Source: the human T2T-CHM13v2.0 reference genome, Homo sapiens
DNA length: 64,000 nucleotides
Reading direction: 5' to 3' (one strand)
Assembly: GCF_009914755.1 (NCBI RefSeq)
Contig: NC_060938.1
Below the pieces are notes generated by a model. It saw only the letters and a program-made list of their open reading frames with translations. It had not been told where the DNA came from and ran no database searches. Position numbers and translations under genes: made by a program. Numbering within the stretch: the stretch's first letter is position 1; each line of letters begins with the position of its first letter. Shown piece by piece: positions 9,509 through 22,060 of the stretch.

Positions 9509-12500
9509 CATGTCTAGCGTCACCCTCCTTCCTGGCAGTGACACTGTTGATGTGAACCCCAATTTCACATCTGTCATTTGTAAATAGGACCATTTTCCCT
9601 TTTCGCTCTCCCTTCCATTCACAGGGCTTTTCATTCTCTCTGTTACTGCCTCCGTTTCAGATATTTACTCACCTTTTTCTCTCTCACTATGTCTGCCGTG
9701 GGCTACATGAGAGTGCGCCACATAAGATTCCCCCATTAAAAGTCATGAATTGAGTGGCTTTTAGTATACCTGTGATTGTGCACATTCAAATTTAATTCGC
9801 AATTCATTGTAGAACGTCTTATCACTCCCGGCCAGAGAAAAACCCTGTAGACATTAGTCACTCCTCATTCTGTCTCAAACCCTCTCCCTCACCCGCAGCC
9901 CTAGGTAGCAACTACCTAGTGCGATCAATCCCATATGCATAGATTACCATATTGTGGACATTTCCTATAAGCGGAATTGCACAATAGGGGAGCTGTTATG
10001 ACTGACATAACACGTAACACAATATTTTCAAGATTCGTCCACATTGTAGGCTTACCCACAGGGGGAAACCATTTTTTTGGGGACTTTTAGTAACACCGGT
10101 GTTTTCTCCTTCTTTACGTCCTTCTTTCCTTCCTTCCTTCCTTCCTTCCTTCCTGACTTCCTTCTTTCCTTCCCTCCTTCCTCCTATTTCTCTCTTACTC
10201 CTTCTGCCCTCTCTCTTTCCTATGCCTTAGGTGCATCCCACATTCTGCGTTTTTTTGGGGAAATCCTCGACAGGTGCAGGAAAATTGTGTTGTTGTAACT
10301 ATTTACCGTTATCTCTCTTTCACGGCTCTCCATCAGTTGTGAACATCTATTGGTTTATCCCAAGTCTCTAAGCATATTTTCATTAGGTAAACCTGTTTTT
10401 CCTTATACAGCTGTTTCTGGAGTATAGGGTCGCATACTCTTAAACCCAGTGTAACTCAGAAACGCATCTAATATTCCAGTAAACCCATCATAACGTTGAA
10501 AAATCGTAAATCAAACCATCATAAGTCACGGTTTGTCCGTGGATATGGGCCTCATCAATTCCATTGTATTCAGTAATGCTGTACACCATTAACAATGGCA
10601 GACTGATTGGGAGTGGATATTGATAGCATTATAAAAGTCAGTTATTAGAGGGATACTTCTTTAACCTGACTGAAGAACTGATCTAATGGCTTTAGTACAG
10701 TGCATGATTATGTGCGATGTTTTGAGACAGAGTAGTACATTTGTGAATGAAATTTTATGGCTTTTTTTTTCACTTAGTAGGAACCATTGTGTGTGGAAAA
10801 GTGAGAAAATGGCTTTCTGCTGTAGGGTCTGGCATTCATTGTGATGTAAGCTTATTTTTCTGTGAGCAAATCTTATTCAATAAAATACTACTCTTTATAC
10901 TAAAAAACAAAAACAGTGGTGATGTGTGGTCATTATCCTCAGCAAACTTATCCAGGGAAAGAAAACCAAACGCCACAACTCACTTATAATGGGAGCTGAA
11001 AAATGAGATCCCATGGACACAGGAAGGGGAACAACACACACTGGGGCCTTCCGGGAGACAGAGCGTTAAGAAAAACAGCTACTGCATGCTGGGATTAATA
11101 CCTAGGTGATGGGTTGACAGGTGCAGCAAACCACCATGGCACACGTTTACCTTAGTAACAAATCTGCACATCCTGCACATATACCCCAGAACTTAGGAAC
11201 GAAACGAAACAAAAGACAACGAAAAAGCAACAGCAAAACGCTAAAGGCAAAATAAAGTTTCAAACTGAGAAAGTGACAGACCAACGTCTGGTTCAAATCA
11301 TGGTTCTCAACCCAGGTGCCATAAGGTCAGGATAAAGGATGTGATTACATATTGTCAATAAGACATGCAGCAAATGACCAGAATGATTATTCTCAACATA
11401 TGAGTGTCTTCTAATTCAATGGCGACGCTATCTACCGGGACATAGCATTAGATTCCAAAGGGCCGAGTCCCGCCAGACAGGCCTCCCACACTAATAACAA
11501 TGGGAAGCCCTACGTTGCTTTACCTGTACTTCTCAGCCACTGGCTATAAATCAGGTTGCCACCACTCCCAGATTTAGTTGCATTCATTTGCTGGAAGAGC
11601 TCACAGCACGCAGGGAAACACATTTGCCGTTGTATTTTAGCGGACATTGCACAAAGTTCAGAAATAAATGTGGGGCCCGGCATGTGGGGAGGGGCGCACT
11701 ACCTTCCAGGAAGTGCTATCCAGAAGCTCTCTGAACCCAGTCCTTTTGGGTTTTGATGGAGACCTCATTCTATAGGCATGATGGGTTAAACCATAGGCTA
11801 TTGGTGATCAACTCCACCTGGGGCTCTCCACCCTCCCTGGAAATTGGGGTTGAGGCTTTGCCATCCTCAGTCTGACTAAAAGAATTTACCCAAACGGAAT
11901 TTTAAAACAGATGAGCATAACTGGAATCTTAATTAGATGATTGGATTATCTGGAGCCACACCTTGATATTCCTAACCCGAGCACCCTCATCCAACGAATG
12001 CTCCACCCAACTGGCTCCCAAGTCTCTACGTGGTTCCAGAGCAAAAGGATGTTGATACAACGCATATCTCCACCTTTTCTTCAAAGTCTTTTCGCTTACA
12101 CGGAAAGACTTCTTCAACTGCCATGCATCAGGGTCAGGGGGAGGTCTTGTTACAACACAGATCTGCGGATCTCCGGCATTTGACTGTGGCAAGGATGCTG
12201 CTGGTGTCAAAACCACAACGTGGGAACCACAGAACCACTAGTGGGTTTTCAGTGTTTCAGTGCATACAATTCCTAATATATCTGGCTAAGAAAACTTGTA
12301 AGTTCTTAGATTGTCCCAAAGGTGGCGCATGAAATCAAAGCAGGAGAACAGTTTCCTACGAGGTGTAGCCTGGGAAAGTTGGGGGTGACTGATGGAAAGG
12401 AGGAGTGAAGCTCCACCCTTTCCGCTGCTAGGCTGCGCCCGAGGCAATTTAAACCCACCCTGGCTGGCCTGTACTCAGATCTTCGCGGAGCGGATCAGCG

Positions 12501-12602
12501 GCCGGAGCGTTTGGCGGACTCTGCGTGGACTTGGAGCTCACAGCGTCTTGCGACTTGGAAGCGGATTCAGAGGACAGGACAGAACACTTGGACAAGTGAA
12601 TC

Positions 12603-12633
<31 letters not shown>

Positions 12634-12802
12634 CATTGGTTGGTTGATTTCCATTTTCTTAAGGGGCACATACCTCACACCGCACACACACAAACACACA
12701 CACGCACACACACACACACACGCACACACACGCACACACACTCCTTCCTTCTGCGAGTTAGAACATTAGTAGGGGCCCCTGGGAGCTGCAGGTTTCCTAA
12801 AC

Positions 12803-15784
12803 ATGTCTGCACCTAAGAACAGTAGGGTCTTGTCTGGCTCTTCTTATGAACGGTCCCCCAGCCCGGACTCCCCAAGGTCCATGCGAGCCTCACCCAGCTT
12901 CTCCCTCTCCCCTCTCAGAAACTCAGGCTTAAGGGGAAGCTCCTCACCAGGGATCGGGAGCTACCATTCACCATCCCCTAGGGCTTCACCACACTCACCT
13001 CTGTCATCACCAGAATCCCACAAGCTCCCATTTCCCTGTCCTCACCGTGATGGGCAATCAATAAAGCCATTGGGCTCTCCCGTGTCCTCCTCTGAGGAAT
13101 CCTCAGAGTCCCCACGTTCATCAATAATATACCACATGTTCTTACTGCCATCACCCAGCAGCTCACCCCCAGCTCTCGGGGGGTCTCCTGTGTCTCCCAG
13201 CTACTCTCCAAACAACCCCAGATTTCAGCTGCGGTCAGCCCCCCACACCAAGGAATCACCTACAAACTCACCAGCCTCACGCTGCTCCACCCCTGTGTCT
13301 TTCATCTCTTCACCCCCAGGCCTCAGGGACCCTCCTGTGGCTCCCAGTTACTCTCCAGCCATCCCCAGGTTCCTGCGCGAGTCAGCCCCATACACCCAGG
13401 AGTCCCCCAGAGACTCACAGGTCTTGGGAGATTATGAGCGGTCCCTCAGCCCTGACTCCTCAAGATTCATGCCTGCCTCACCCAGCTTCTCCCTCTCCCC
13501 TCCCAGAAACTCAGACCCAAGGGGCAGCTCCTCACCAGGGATGTGGAAGTCCTCTACATCATCCCGCAGGGCTTCACCACTCTCACATCCGTCATCAACA
13601 GAATTCCACAACTTTACGTTTCCCTTTCCTAACCAAGCAGGACAGTCACTCATGTCATTGTGTTCTCCCGTGACCTCCTCTGGAGATTCTTCACAGTCAC
13701 CTCATTCATCAATAATATACCATATGTTCTTACTGCCATCATCCAGCAGCTCACCCCCAGCCACCCATGACTCTCCTGTCTGTCCCAGCTACTCTCCAAC
13801 TACGCCCAGATTTCAGCGGGAGTCTCTACCCCACACCCCAGAAACACCTACAAACTCACAGACCTCAGTGAGATCCTCGCCAGTCTCTCTCACGTCTTCA
13901 CCCCCAGCCCTTACGGACCCTCCAGTCTGTCCCAGCTACTCTCCAACCACGCCCACATTTCAGCGCGGGTCAGTTCCAGGAACCCAGGGATCACCACCAA
14001 GCCCACCGCTTTCACTGAGTTACTCCCCAGTCTCTAGCACGTCTTTATCTCCAACCCTCAGGGACTCGCCTGTCTGTCCCAGCTACTCTCCAAACACGCC
14101 CACACTTCAGCGGGAGTCCGTTGCAGGCACCCAGAAGTCACCACCAAACTCACCAATTTCACTGCGTTACTCCCCAGTCTCTCTCATGTCTTCACCATCC
14201 CTCAGGGACTCTCCCGTCTGTCCCAGCTACTCTCCAACCACGCCCACATTTCAGCTGGAGTCAGTTCCAGGCACCCCGGAATCACCACCAAACTCACCAA
14301 TTTCACTCAGTTACTCCCCAGTCTCTAGCACGTCTTTATCTCCAACCCTCAGGGACTCTCCTGTGTGTCCCAGCTACTCTCCAACCACGCCCACACTTCA
14401 GCGGGAGTCAGTTCCAGGCACCCAGGAATCACCACCAAACTCACCAATTTCACTCAATTACTCTCCAGTCTCTCTCGTGTCTTCACCAGCCCTCAGGGAC
14501 TCTCCTGTCTGTCCCAGCTACTCTACAACCACGCCCACATTTCAGCTGGAGTCAGTTCCAGGCACCCCGGAGTCACCACCAAACTCACCAGTTTCACTCA
14601 GTTACTCCTCGGTCTCTCTCATGTCTTCACCCCCAGCCCTCAGGGACTCTCCTGTGCGTCCCAGCTACTCTCCAACCATGCCCAGATTCCAGCGGGAGTC
14701 AGTTCCAGGCACCCATGTATCACCACCAAACTCAGCAGTTTCACTGAGTTACTCCCCAGTCTCTCTCATGTCTTCACCCCCAGACCCCTGGGACTCTCCT
14801 GTCTGTCCCAGCTACTCTCCCACCACGCCCAGATTTCAGCGGGAGTCAGCCTCCCACACTCCGGAATCAGATACAGACTCACAGACTTCACTGAACTCCT
14901 CCCTGGTCTCTCTCAGGTCTTTGCCCTCATCCCACAGGGACTCTTGTGTCTCTTTCAGCTACTCTCAAAACTTCTCTAGATTCCAGCTGGAGTCAGTTCC
15001 AGGCACCCACGATACACCACCGAACTCACGAATTTCACTGACTTACGCCCCAGTCTCCCTCATGTTCTCACCCCCAGCCCTCAGGGACTCTTCTGTCTCT
15101 CTCAGCTACTCTCCAACCATCTCCAGATTTCACCTGGAGTCAGCTTCCCACACCCTGGAATCACCTGCAAACTCACGGACCTTACTGCAACCATCCCCCA
15201 TTTCTTTCACCTCTTCACCCCCTGCCTTCAGGGACTCTCCTGGGTCTCCCAGCTTCTCTCCAGCCTTCCCCAGATTTCTGCCACAGTCAGCCCCAGGCAC
15301 CCAGGACAACCCTAGACACTCACAGGCCTCACCAGACTATCTCCCTATGACCTGTACCTATACAGGGATGGCTCCCACGCATCCCTCAGTGACCCCAAAC
15401 CCATCTCCACTTACACTCAGGCACTCCCAGGGCCTGACAGCTACTCCCCGTTATTGTCCTTCAGTTCGAAGCCCTGGCCAATCTACTAGCCCACATGACG
15501 CAGTTACCTGGCCATTTCTCCACGGTTCCCGGGAGGGCCCCACACCCAGCCGCACAAGAGCCCCTCCTGCATTCCGTCCTCACACGCAGGCCTGTCCATC
15601 TACTTGCTACTGTCACACTCTTGCCAGCAGAAGAGGCCCCTGTAATGGCCGATATCACCACCCAGTCTATCCTCACCCCACAGCTGTGCAGCGGGAAGCC
15701 CCTGCTGGCCCACGTGGCTGCCACAGCCCATGCTGGCACGACGCTCCAGCAGGTCGGCGTCCCTGCGGGCCAAACTACCGGTGA
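12803..15784 (+). CDS. Copy 3: intact 993-aa Ser/Pro-rich repeat protein (putative)
   Basis: Uninterrupted 2982-bp ORF. Confidence 0.55.
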   Translation: MSAPKNSRVLSGSSYERSPSPDSPRSMRASPSFSLSPLRNSGLRGSSSPGIGSYHSPSPRASPHSPLSSPESHKLPFPCPHRDGQSIKPLGSPVSSSEESSESPRSSIIYHMFLLPSPSSSPPALGGSPVSPSYSPNNPRFQLRSAPHTKESPTNSPASRCSTPVSFISSPPGLRDPPVAPSYSPAIPRFLRESAPYTQESPRDSQVLGDYERSLSPDSSRFMPASPSFSLSPPRNSDPRGSSSPGMWKSSTSSRRASPLSHPSSTEFHNFTFPFPNQAGQSLMSLCSPVTSSGDSSQSPHSSIIYHMFLLPSSSSSPPATHDSPVCPSYSPTTPRFQRESLPHTPETPTNSQTSVRSSPVSLTSSPPALTDPPVCPSYSPTTPTFQRGSVPGTQGSPPSPPLSLSYSPVSSTSLSPTLRDSPVCPSYSPNTPTLQRESVAGTQKSPPNSPISLRYSPVSLMSSPSLRDSPVCPSYSPTTPTFQLESVPGTPESPPNSPISLSYSPVSSTSLSPTLRDSPVCPSYSPTTPTLQRESVPGTQESPPNSPISLNYSPVSLVSSPALRDSPVCPSYSTTTPTFQLESVPGTPESPPNSPVSLSYSSVSLMSSPPALRDSPVRPSYSPTMPRFQRESVPGTHVSPPNSAVSLSYSPVSLMSSPPDPWDSPVCPSYSPTTPRFQRESASHTPESDTDSQTSLNSSLVSLRSLPSSHRDSCVSFSYSQNFSRFQLESVPGTHDTPPNSRISLTYAPVSLMFSPPALRDSSVSLSYSPTISRFHLESASHTLESPANSRTLLQPSPISFTSSPPAFRDSPGSPSFSPAFPRFLPQSAPGTQDNPRHSQASPDYLPMTCTYTGMAPTHPSVTPNPSPLTLRHSQGLTATPRYCPSVRSPGQSTSPHDAVTWPFLHGSREGPTPSRTRAPPAFRPHTQACPSTCYCHTLASRRGPCNGRYHHPVYPHPTAVQREAPAGPRGCHSPCWHDAPAGRRPCGPNYR

Positions 15785-18700
15785 CATGTCTAGCGTCACC
15801 CTCCTTCCTGGCAGTGACACTGTTGATGTGAACCCCAATTTCACATCTGTCATTTGTAAATAGGACCATTTTCCCTTTTAGCTCTCCCTTCCATTCACAG
15901 GGCTTTTCATTCTCTCTGTTACTGCCTCCGTTTCAGATATTTACTCACCTTTTTCTCTCTCACTATGTCTGCCGTGGGCTCCATGAGAGTGCGCCACATA
16001 AGATTCCCCCATTAAAAGTCATGAATTGAGTGGCTTTTAGTATACCTGTGATTGTGCACATTCAAATTTAATTCGCAATTCATTGTAGAACGTCTTATCA
16101 CTCCCGGCCAGAGAAAAACCCTGTAGACATTAGTCACTCCTCATTCTGTCTCAAACCCTCTCCCTCACCCGCAGCCCTAGGTAGCAACTACCTAGTGCGA
16201 TCAATCCCATATGCATAGATTACCATATTGTGGACATTTCCTATAAGCGGAATTGCACAATAGGGGAGCTGTTATGACTGACATAACACGTAACACAATA
16301 TTTTCAAGATTCGTCCACATTGTAGGCTTACCCACAGGGGGAAACCATTTTTTTGGGGACTTTTAGTAACACCGGTGTTTTCTCCTTCTTTACGTCCTTC
16401 TTTCCTTCCTTCCTTCCTTCCTTCCTTCCTGACTTCCTTCTTTCCTTCCCTCCTTCCTCCTATTTCTCTCTTACTCCTTCTGCCCTCTCTCTTTCCTATG
16501 CCTTAGGTGCATCCCACATTCTGCGTTTTTTTGGGGAAATCCTCGACAGGTGCAGGAAAATTGTGTTGTTGTAACTATTTACCGTTATCTCTCTTTCACG
16601 GCTCTCCATCAGTTGTGAACATCTATTGGTTTATCCCAAGTCTCTAAGCATATTTTCATTAGGTAAACCTGTTTTTCCTTATACAGCTGTTTCTGGAGTA
16701 TAGGGTCGCATACTCTTAAACCCAGTGTAACTCAGAAACGCATCTAATATTCCAGTAAACCCATCATAACGTTGAAAAATCGTAAATCAAACCATCATAA
16801 GTCACGGTTTGTCCGTGGATATGGGCCTCATCAATTCCATTGTATTCAGTAATGCTGTACACCATTAACAATGGCAGACTGATTGGGAGTGGATATTGAT
16901 AGCATTATAAAAGTCAGTTATTAGAGGGATACTTCTTTAACCTGACTGAAGAACTGATCTAATGGCTTTAGTACAGTGCATGATTATGTGCGATGTTTTG
17001 AGACAGAGTAGTACATTTGTGAATGAAATTTTATGGCTTTTTTTTTCACTTAGTAGGAACCATTGTGTGTGGAAAAGTGAGAAAATGGCTTTCTGCTGTA
17101 GGGTCTGGCATTCATTGTGATGTAAGCTTATTTTTCTGTGAGCAAATCTTATTCAATAAAATACTACTCTTTATACTAAAAAACAAAAACAGTGGTGATG
17201 TGTGGTCATTATCCTCAGCAAACTTATCCAGGGAAAGAAAACCAAACGCCACAACTCACTTATAATGGGAGCTGAAAAATGAGATCCCATGGACACAGGA
17301 AGGGGAACAACACACACTGGGGCCTTCCGGGAGACAGAGCGTTAAGAAAAACAGCTACTGCATGCTGGGCTTAATACCTAGGTGATGGGTTGACAGGTGC
17401 AGCAAACCACCATGGCACACGTTTACCTTAGTAACAAATCTGCACATCCTGCACATATACCCCAGAACTTAGGAACGAAACGAAACAAAAGACAACGAAA
17501 AAGCAACAGCAAAACGCTAAAGGCAAAATAAAGTTTCAAACTGAGAAAGTGACAGACCAACGTCTGGTTCAAATCATGGTTCTCAACCCAGGTGCCATAA
17601 GGTCAGGATAAAGGATGTGATTACATATTGTCAATAAGACATGCAGCAAATGACCAGAATGATTATTCTCAACATATGAGTGTCTTCTAATTCAATGGCG
17701 ACGCTATCTACCGGGACATAGCATTAGATTCCAAAGGGCCGAGTCCCGCCAGACAGGCCTCCCACACTAATAACAATGGGAAGCCCTACGTTGCTTTACC
17801 TGTACTTCTCAGCCACTGGCTATAAATCAGGTTGCCACCACTCCCAGATTTAGTTGCATTCATTTGCTGGAAGAGCTCACAGCACGCAGGGAAACACATT
17901 TGCCGTTGTATTTTAGTGGACATTGCACAAAGTTCAGAAATAAATGTGGGGCCCGGCATGTGGGGAGGGGCGCACTACCTTCCAGGAAGTGCTATCCAGA
18001 AGCTCTCTGAACCCAGTCCTTTTGGGTTTTGATGGAGACCTCATTCTATAGGCATGATGGGTTAAACCATAGGCTATTGGTGATCAACTCCACCTGGGGC
18101 TCTCCACCCTCCCTGGAAATTGGGGTTGAGGCTTTGCCATCCTCAGTCTGACTAAAAGAATTTACCCAAACGGAATTTTAAAACAGATGAGCATAACTGG
18201 AATCTTAATTAGATGATTGGATTATCTGGAGCCACACCTTGATATTCCTAACCCGAGCACCCTCATCCAACGAATGCTCCACCCAACTGGCTCCCAAGTC
18301 TCTACGTGGTTCCAGAGCAAAAGGATGTTGATACAACGCATATCTCCACCTTTTCTTCAAAGTCTTTTCGCTTACACGGAAAGACTTCTTCAACTGCCAT
18401 GCATCAGGGTCAGGGGGAGGTCTTGTTACAACACAGATCTGCGGATCTCCGGCATTTGACTGTGGCAAGGATGCTGCTGGTGTCAAAACCACAACGTGGG
18501 AACCACAGAACCACTAGTGGGTTTTCAGTGTTTCAGTGCATACAATTCCTAATATATCTGGCTAAGAAAACTTGTAAGTTCTTAGATTGTCCCAAAGGTG
18601 GCGCATGAAATCAAAGCAGGAGAACAGTTTCCTACGAGGTGTAGCCTGGGAAAGTTGGGGGTGACTGATGGAAAGGAGGAGTGAAGCTCCACCCTTTCCG

Positions 18701-18878
18701 CTGCTAGGCTGCGCCCGAGGCAATTTAAACCCACCCTGGCTGGCCTGTACTCAGATCTTCGCGGAGCGGATCAGCGGCCGGAGCGTTTGGCGGACTCTGC
18801 GTGGACTTGGAGCTCACAGCGTCTTGCGACTTGGAAGCGGATTCAGAGGACAGGACAGAACACTTGGACAAGTGAATC

Positions 18879-18909
<31 letters not shown>

Positions 18910-19078
18910 CATTGGTTGGTTGATTTCCATTTTCTTAAGGGGCACATACCTCACACCGCACACACACAAACACACACACGCACACACACACACACACGCA
19001 CACACACGCACACACACTCCTTCCTTCTGCGAGTTAGAACATTAGTAGGGGCCCCTGGGAGCTGCAGGTTTCCTAAAC

Positions 19079-22060
19079 ATGTCTGCACCTAAGAACAGTA
19101 GGGTCTTGTCTGGCTCTTCTTATGAACGGTCCCCCAGCCCGGACTCCCCAAGGTCCATGCGAGCCTCACCCAGCTTCTCCCTCTCCCCTCTCAGAAACTC
19201 AGGCTTAAGGGGAAGCTCCTCACCAGGGATCGGGAGCTACCATTCACCATCCCCTAGGGCTTCACCACACTCACCTCTGTCATCACCAGAATCCCACAAG
19301 CTCCCATTTCCCTGTCCTCACCGTGATGGGCAATCAATAAAGCCATTGGGCTCTCCCGTGTCCTCCTCTGAGGAATCCTCAGAGTCCCCACGTTCATCAA
19401 TAATATACCACATGTTCTTACTGCCATCACCCAGCAGCTCACCCCCAGCTCTCGGGGGGTCTCCTGTGTCTCCCAGCTACTCTCCAAACAACCCCAGATT
19501 TCAGCTGCGGTCAGCCCCCCACACCAAGGAATCACCTACAAACTCACCAGCCTCACGCTGCTCCACCCCTGTGTCTTTCATCTCTTCACCCCCAGGCCTC
19601 AGGGACCCTCCTGTGGCTCCCAGTTACTCTCCAGCCATCCCCAGGTTCCTGCGCGAGTCAGCCCCATACACCCAGGAGTCCCCCAGAGACTCACAGGTCT
19701 TGGGAGATTATGAGCGGTCCCTCAGCCCTGACTCCTCAAGATTCATGCCTGCCTCACCCAGCTTCTCCCTCTCCCCTCCCAGAAACTCAGACCCAAGGGG
19801 CAGCTCCTCACCAGGGATGTGGAAGTCCTCTACATCATCCCGCAGGGCTTCACCACTCTCACATCCGTCATCAACAGAATTCCACAACTTTACGTTTCCC
19901 TTTCCTAACCAAGCAGGACAGTCACTCATGTCATTGTGTTCTCCCGTGACCTCCTCTGGAGATTCTTCACAGTCACCTCATTCATCAATAATATACCATA
20001 TGTTCTTACTGCCATCATCCAGCAGCTCACCCCCAGCCACCCATGACTCTCCTGTCTGTCCCAGCTACTCTCCAACTACGCCCAGATTTCAGCGGGAGTC
20101 TCTACCCCACACCCCAGAAACACCTACAAACTCACAGACCTCAGTGAGATCCTCGCCAGTCTCTCTCACGTCTTCACCCCCAGCCCTTACGGACCCTCCA
20201 GTCTGTCCCAGCTACTCTCCAACCACGCCCACATTTCAGCGCGGGTCAGTTCCAGGAACCCAGGGATCACCACCAAGCCCACCGCTTTCACTGAGTTACT
20301 CCCCAGTCTCTAGCACGTCTTTATCTCCAACCCTCAGGGACTCGCCTGTCTGTCCCAGCTACTCTCCAAACACGCCCACACTTCAGCGGCAGTCCGTTGC
20401 AGGCACCCAGAAGTCACCACCAAACTCACCAATTTCACTGCGTTACTCCCCAGTCTCTCTCATGTCTTCACCATCCCTCAGGGACTCTCCCGTCTGTCCC
20501 AGCTACTCTCCAACCACGCCCACATTTCAGCTGGAGTCAGTTCCAGGCACCCCGGAATCACCACCAAACTCACCAATTTCACTCAGTTACTCCCCAGTCT
20601 CTAGCACGTCTTTATCTCCAACCCTCAGGGACTCTCCTGTGTGTCCCAGCTACTCTCCAACCACGCCCACACTTCAGCGGGAGTCAGTTCCAGGCACCCA
20701 GGAATCACCACCAAACTCACCAATTTCACTCAATTACTCTCCAGTCTCTCTCGTGTCTTCACCAGCCCTCAGGGACTCTCCTGTCTGTCCCAGCTACTCT
20801 ACAACCACGCCCACATTTCAGCTGGAGTCAGTTCCAGGCACCCCGGAGTCACCACCAAACTCACCAGTTTCACTCAGTTACTCCTCGGTCTCTCTCATGT
20901 CTTCACCCCCAGCCCTCAGGGACTCTCCTGTGCGTCCCAGCTACTCTCCAACCATGCCCAGATTCCAGCGGGAGTCAGTTCCAGGCACCCATGTATCACC
21001 ACCAAACTCAGCAGTTTCACTGAGTTACTCCCCAGTCTCTCTCATGTCTTCACCCCCAGACCCCTGGGACTCTCCTGTCTGTCCCAGCTACTCTCCCACC
21101 ACGCCCAGATTTCAGCGGCAGTCAGCCTCCCACACTCCGGAATCAGATACAGACTCACAGACTTCACTGAACTCCTCCCTGGTCTCTCTCAGGTCTTTGC
21201 CCTCATCCCACAGGGACTCTTGTGTCTCTTTCAGCTACTCTCAAAACTTCTCTAGATTCCAGCTGGAGTCAGTTCCAGGCACCCACGATACACCACCGAA
21301 CTCACGAATTTCACTGACTTACGCCCCAGTCTCCCTCATGTTCTCACCCCCAGCCCTCAGGGACTCTTCTGGCTCTCTCAGCTACTCTCCAACCATCTCC
21401 AGATTTCACCTGGAGTCAGCTTCCCACACCCTGGAATCACCTGCAAACTCACGGACCTTACTGCAACCATCCCCCATTTCTTTCACCTCTTCACCCCCTG
21501 CCTTCAGGGACTCTCCTGGGTCTCCCAGCTTCTCTCCAGCCTTCCCCAGATTTCTGCCACAGTCAGCCCCAGGCACCCAGGACAACCCTAGACACTCACA
21601 GGCCTCACCAGACTATCTCCCTATGACCTGTACCTATACAGGGATGGCTCCCACGCATCCCTCAGTGACCCCAAACCCATCTCCACTTACACTCAGGCAC
21701 TCCCAGGGCCTGACAGCTACTCCCCGTTATTGTCCTTCAGTTCGAAGCCCTGGCCAATCTACTAGCCCACATGACGCAGTTACCTGGCCATTTCTCCACG
21801 GTTCCCGGGAGGGCCCCACACCCAGCCGCACAAGAGCCCCTCCTGCATTCCGTCCTCACACGCAGGCCTGTCCATCTACTTGCTACTGTCACACTCTTGC
21901 CAGCAGAAGAGGCCCCTGTAATGGCCGATATCACCACCCAGTCTATCCTCACCCCACAGCTGTGCAGCGGGAACCCCCTGCTGGCCCACGTGGCTGCCAC
22001 AGCCCATGCTGGCACGACGCTCCAGCAGGTCGGCGTCCCTGCGGGCCAAACTACCGGTGA
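19079..22060 (+). CDS. Copy 4: intact 993-aa Ser/Pro-rich repeat protein (putative)
   Basis: Uninterrupted 2982-bp ORF. Confidence 0.55.
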   Translation: MSAPKNSRVLSGSSYERSPSPDSPRSMRASPSFSLSPLRNSGLRGSSSPGIGSYHSPSPRASPHSPLSSPESHKLPFPCPHRDGQSIKPLGSPVSSSEESSESPRSSIIYHMFLLPSPSSSPPALGGSPVSPSYSPNNPRFQLRSAPHTKESPTNSPASRCSTPVSFISSPPGLRDPPVAPSYSPAIPRFLRESAPYTQESPRDSQVLGDYERSLSPDSSRFMPASPSFSLSPPRNSDPRGSSSPGMWKSSTSSRRASPLSHPSSTEFHNFTFPFPNQAGQSLMSLCSPVTSSGDSSQSPHSSIIYHMFLLPSSSSSPPATHDSPVCPSYSPTTPRFQRESLPHTPETPTNSQTSVRSSPVSLTSSPPALTDPPVCPSYSPTTPTFQRGSVPGTQGSPPSPPLSLSYSPVSSTSLSPTLRDSPVCPSYSPNTPTLQRQSVAGTQKSPPNSPISLRYSPVSLMSSPSLRDSPVCPSYSPTTPTFQLESVPGTPESPPNSPISLSYSPVSSTSLSPTLRDSPVCPSYSPTTPTLQRESVPGTQESPPNSPISLNYSPVSLVSSPALRDSPVCPSYSTTTPTFQLESVPGTPESPPNSPVSLSYSSVSLMSSPPALRDSPVRPSYSPTMPRFQRESVPGTHVSPPNSAVSLSYSPVSLMSSPPDPWDSPVCPSYSPTTPRFQRQSASHTPESDTDSQTSLNSSLVSLRSLPSSHRDSCVSFSYSQNFSRFQLESVPGTHDTPPNSRISLTYAPVSLMFSPPALRDSSGSLSYSPTISRFHLESASHTLESPANSRTLLQPSPISFTSSPPAFRDSPGSPSFSPAFPRFLPQSAPGTQDNPRHSQASPDYLPMTCTYTGMAPTHPSVTPNPSPLTLRHSQGLTATPRYCPSVRSPGQSTSPHDAVTWPFLHGSREGPTPSRTRAPPAFRPHTQACPSTCYCHTLASRRGPCNGRYHHPVYPHPTAVQREPPAGPRGCHSPCWHDAPAGRRPCGPNYR

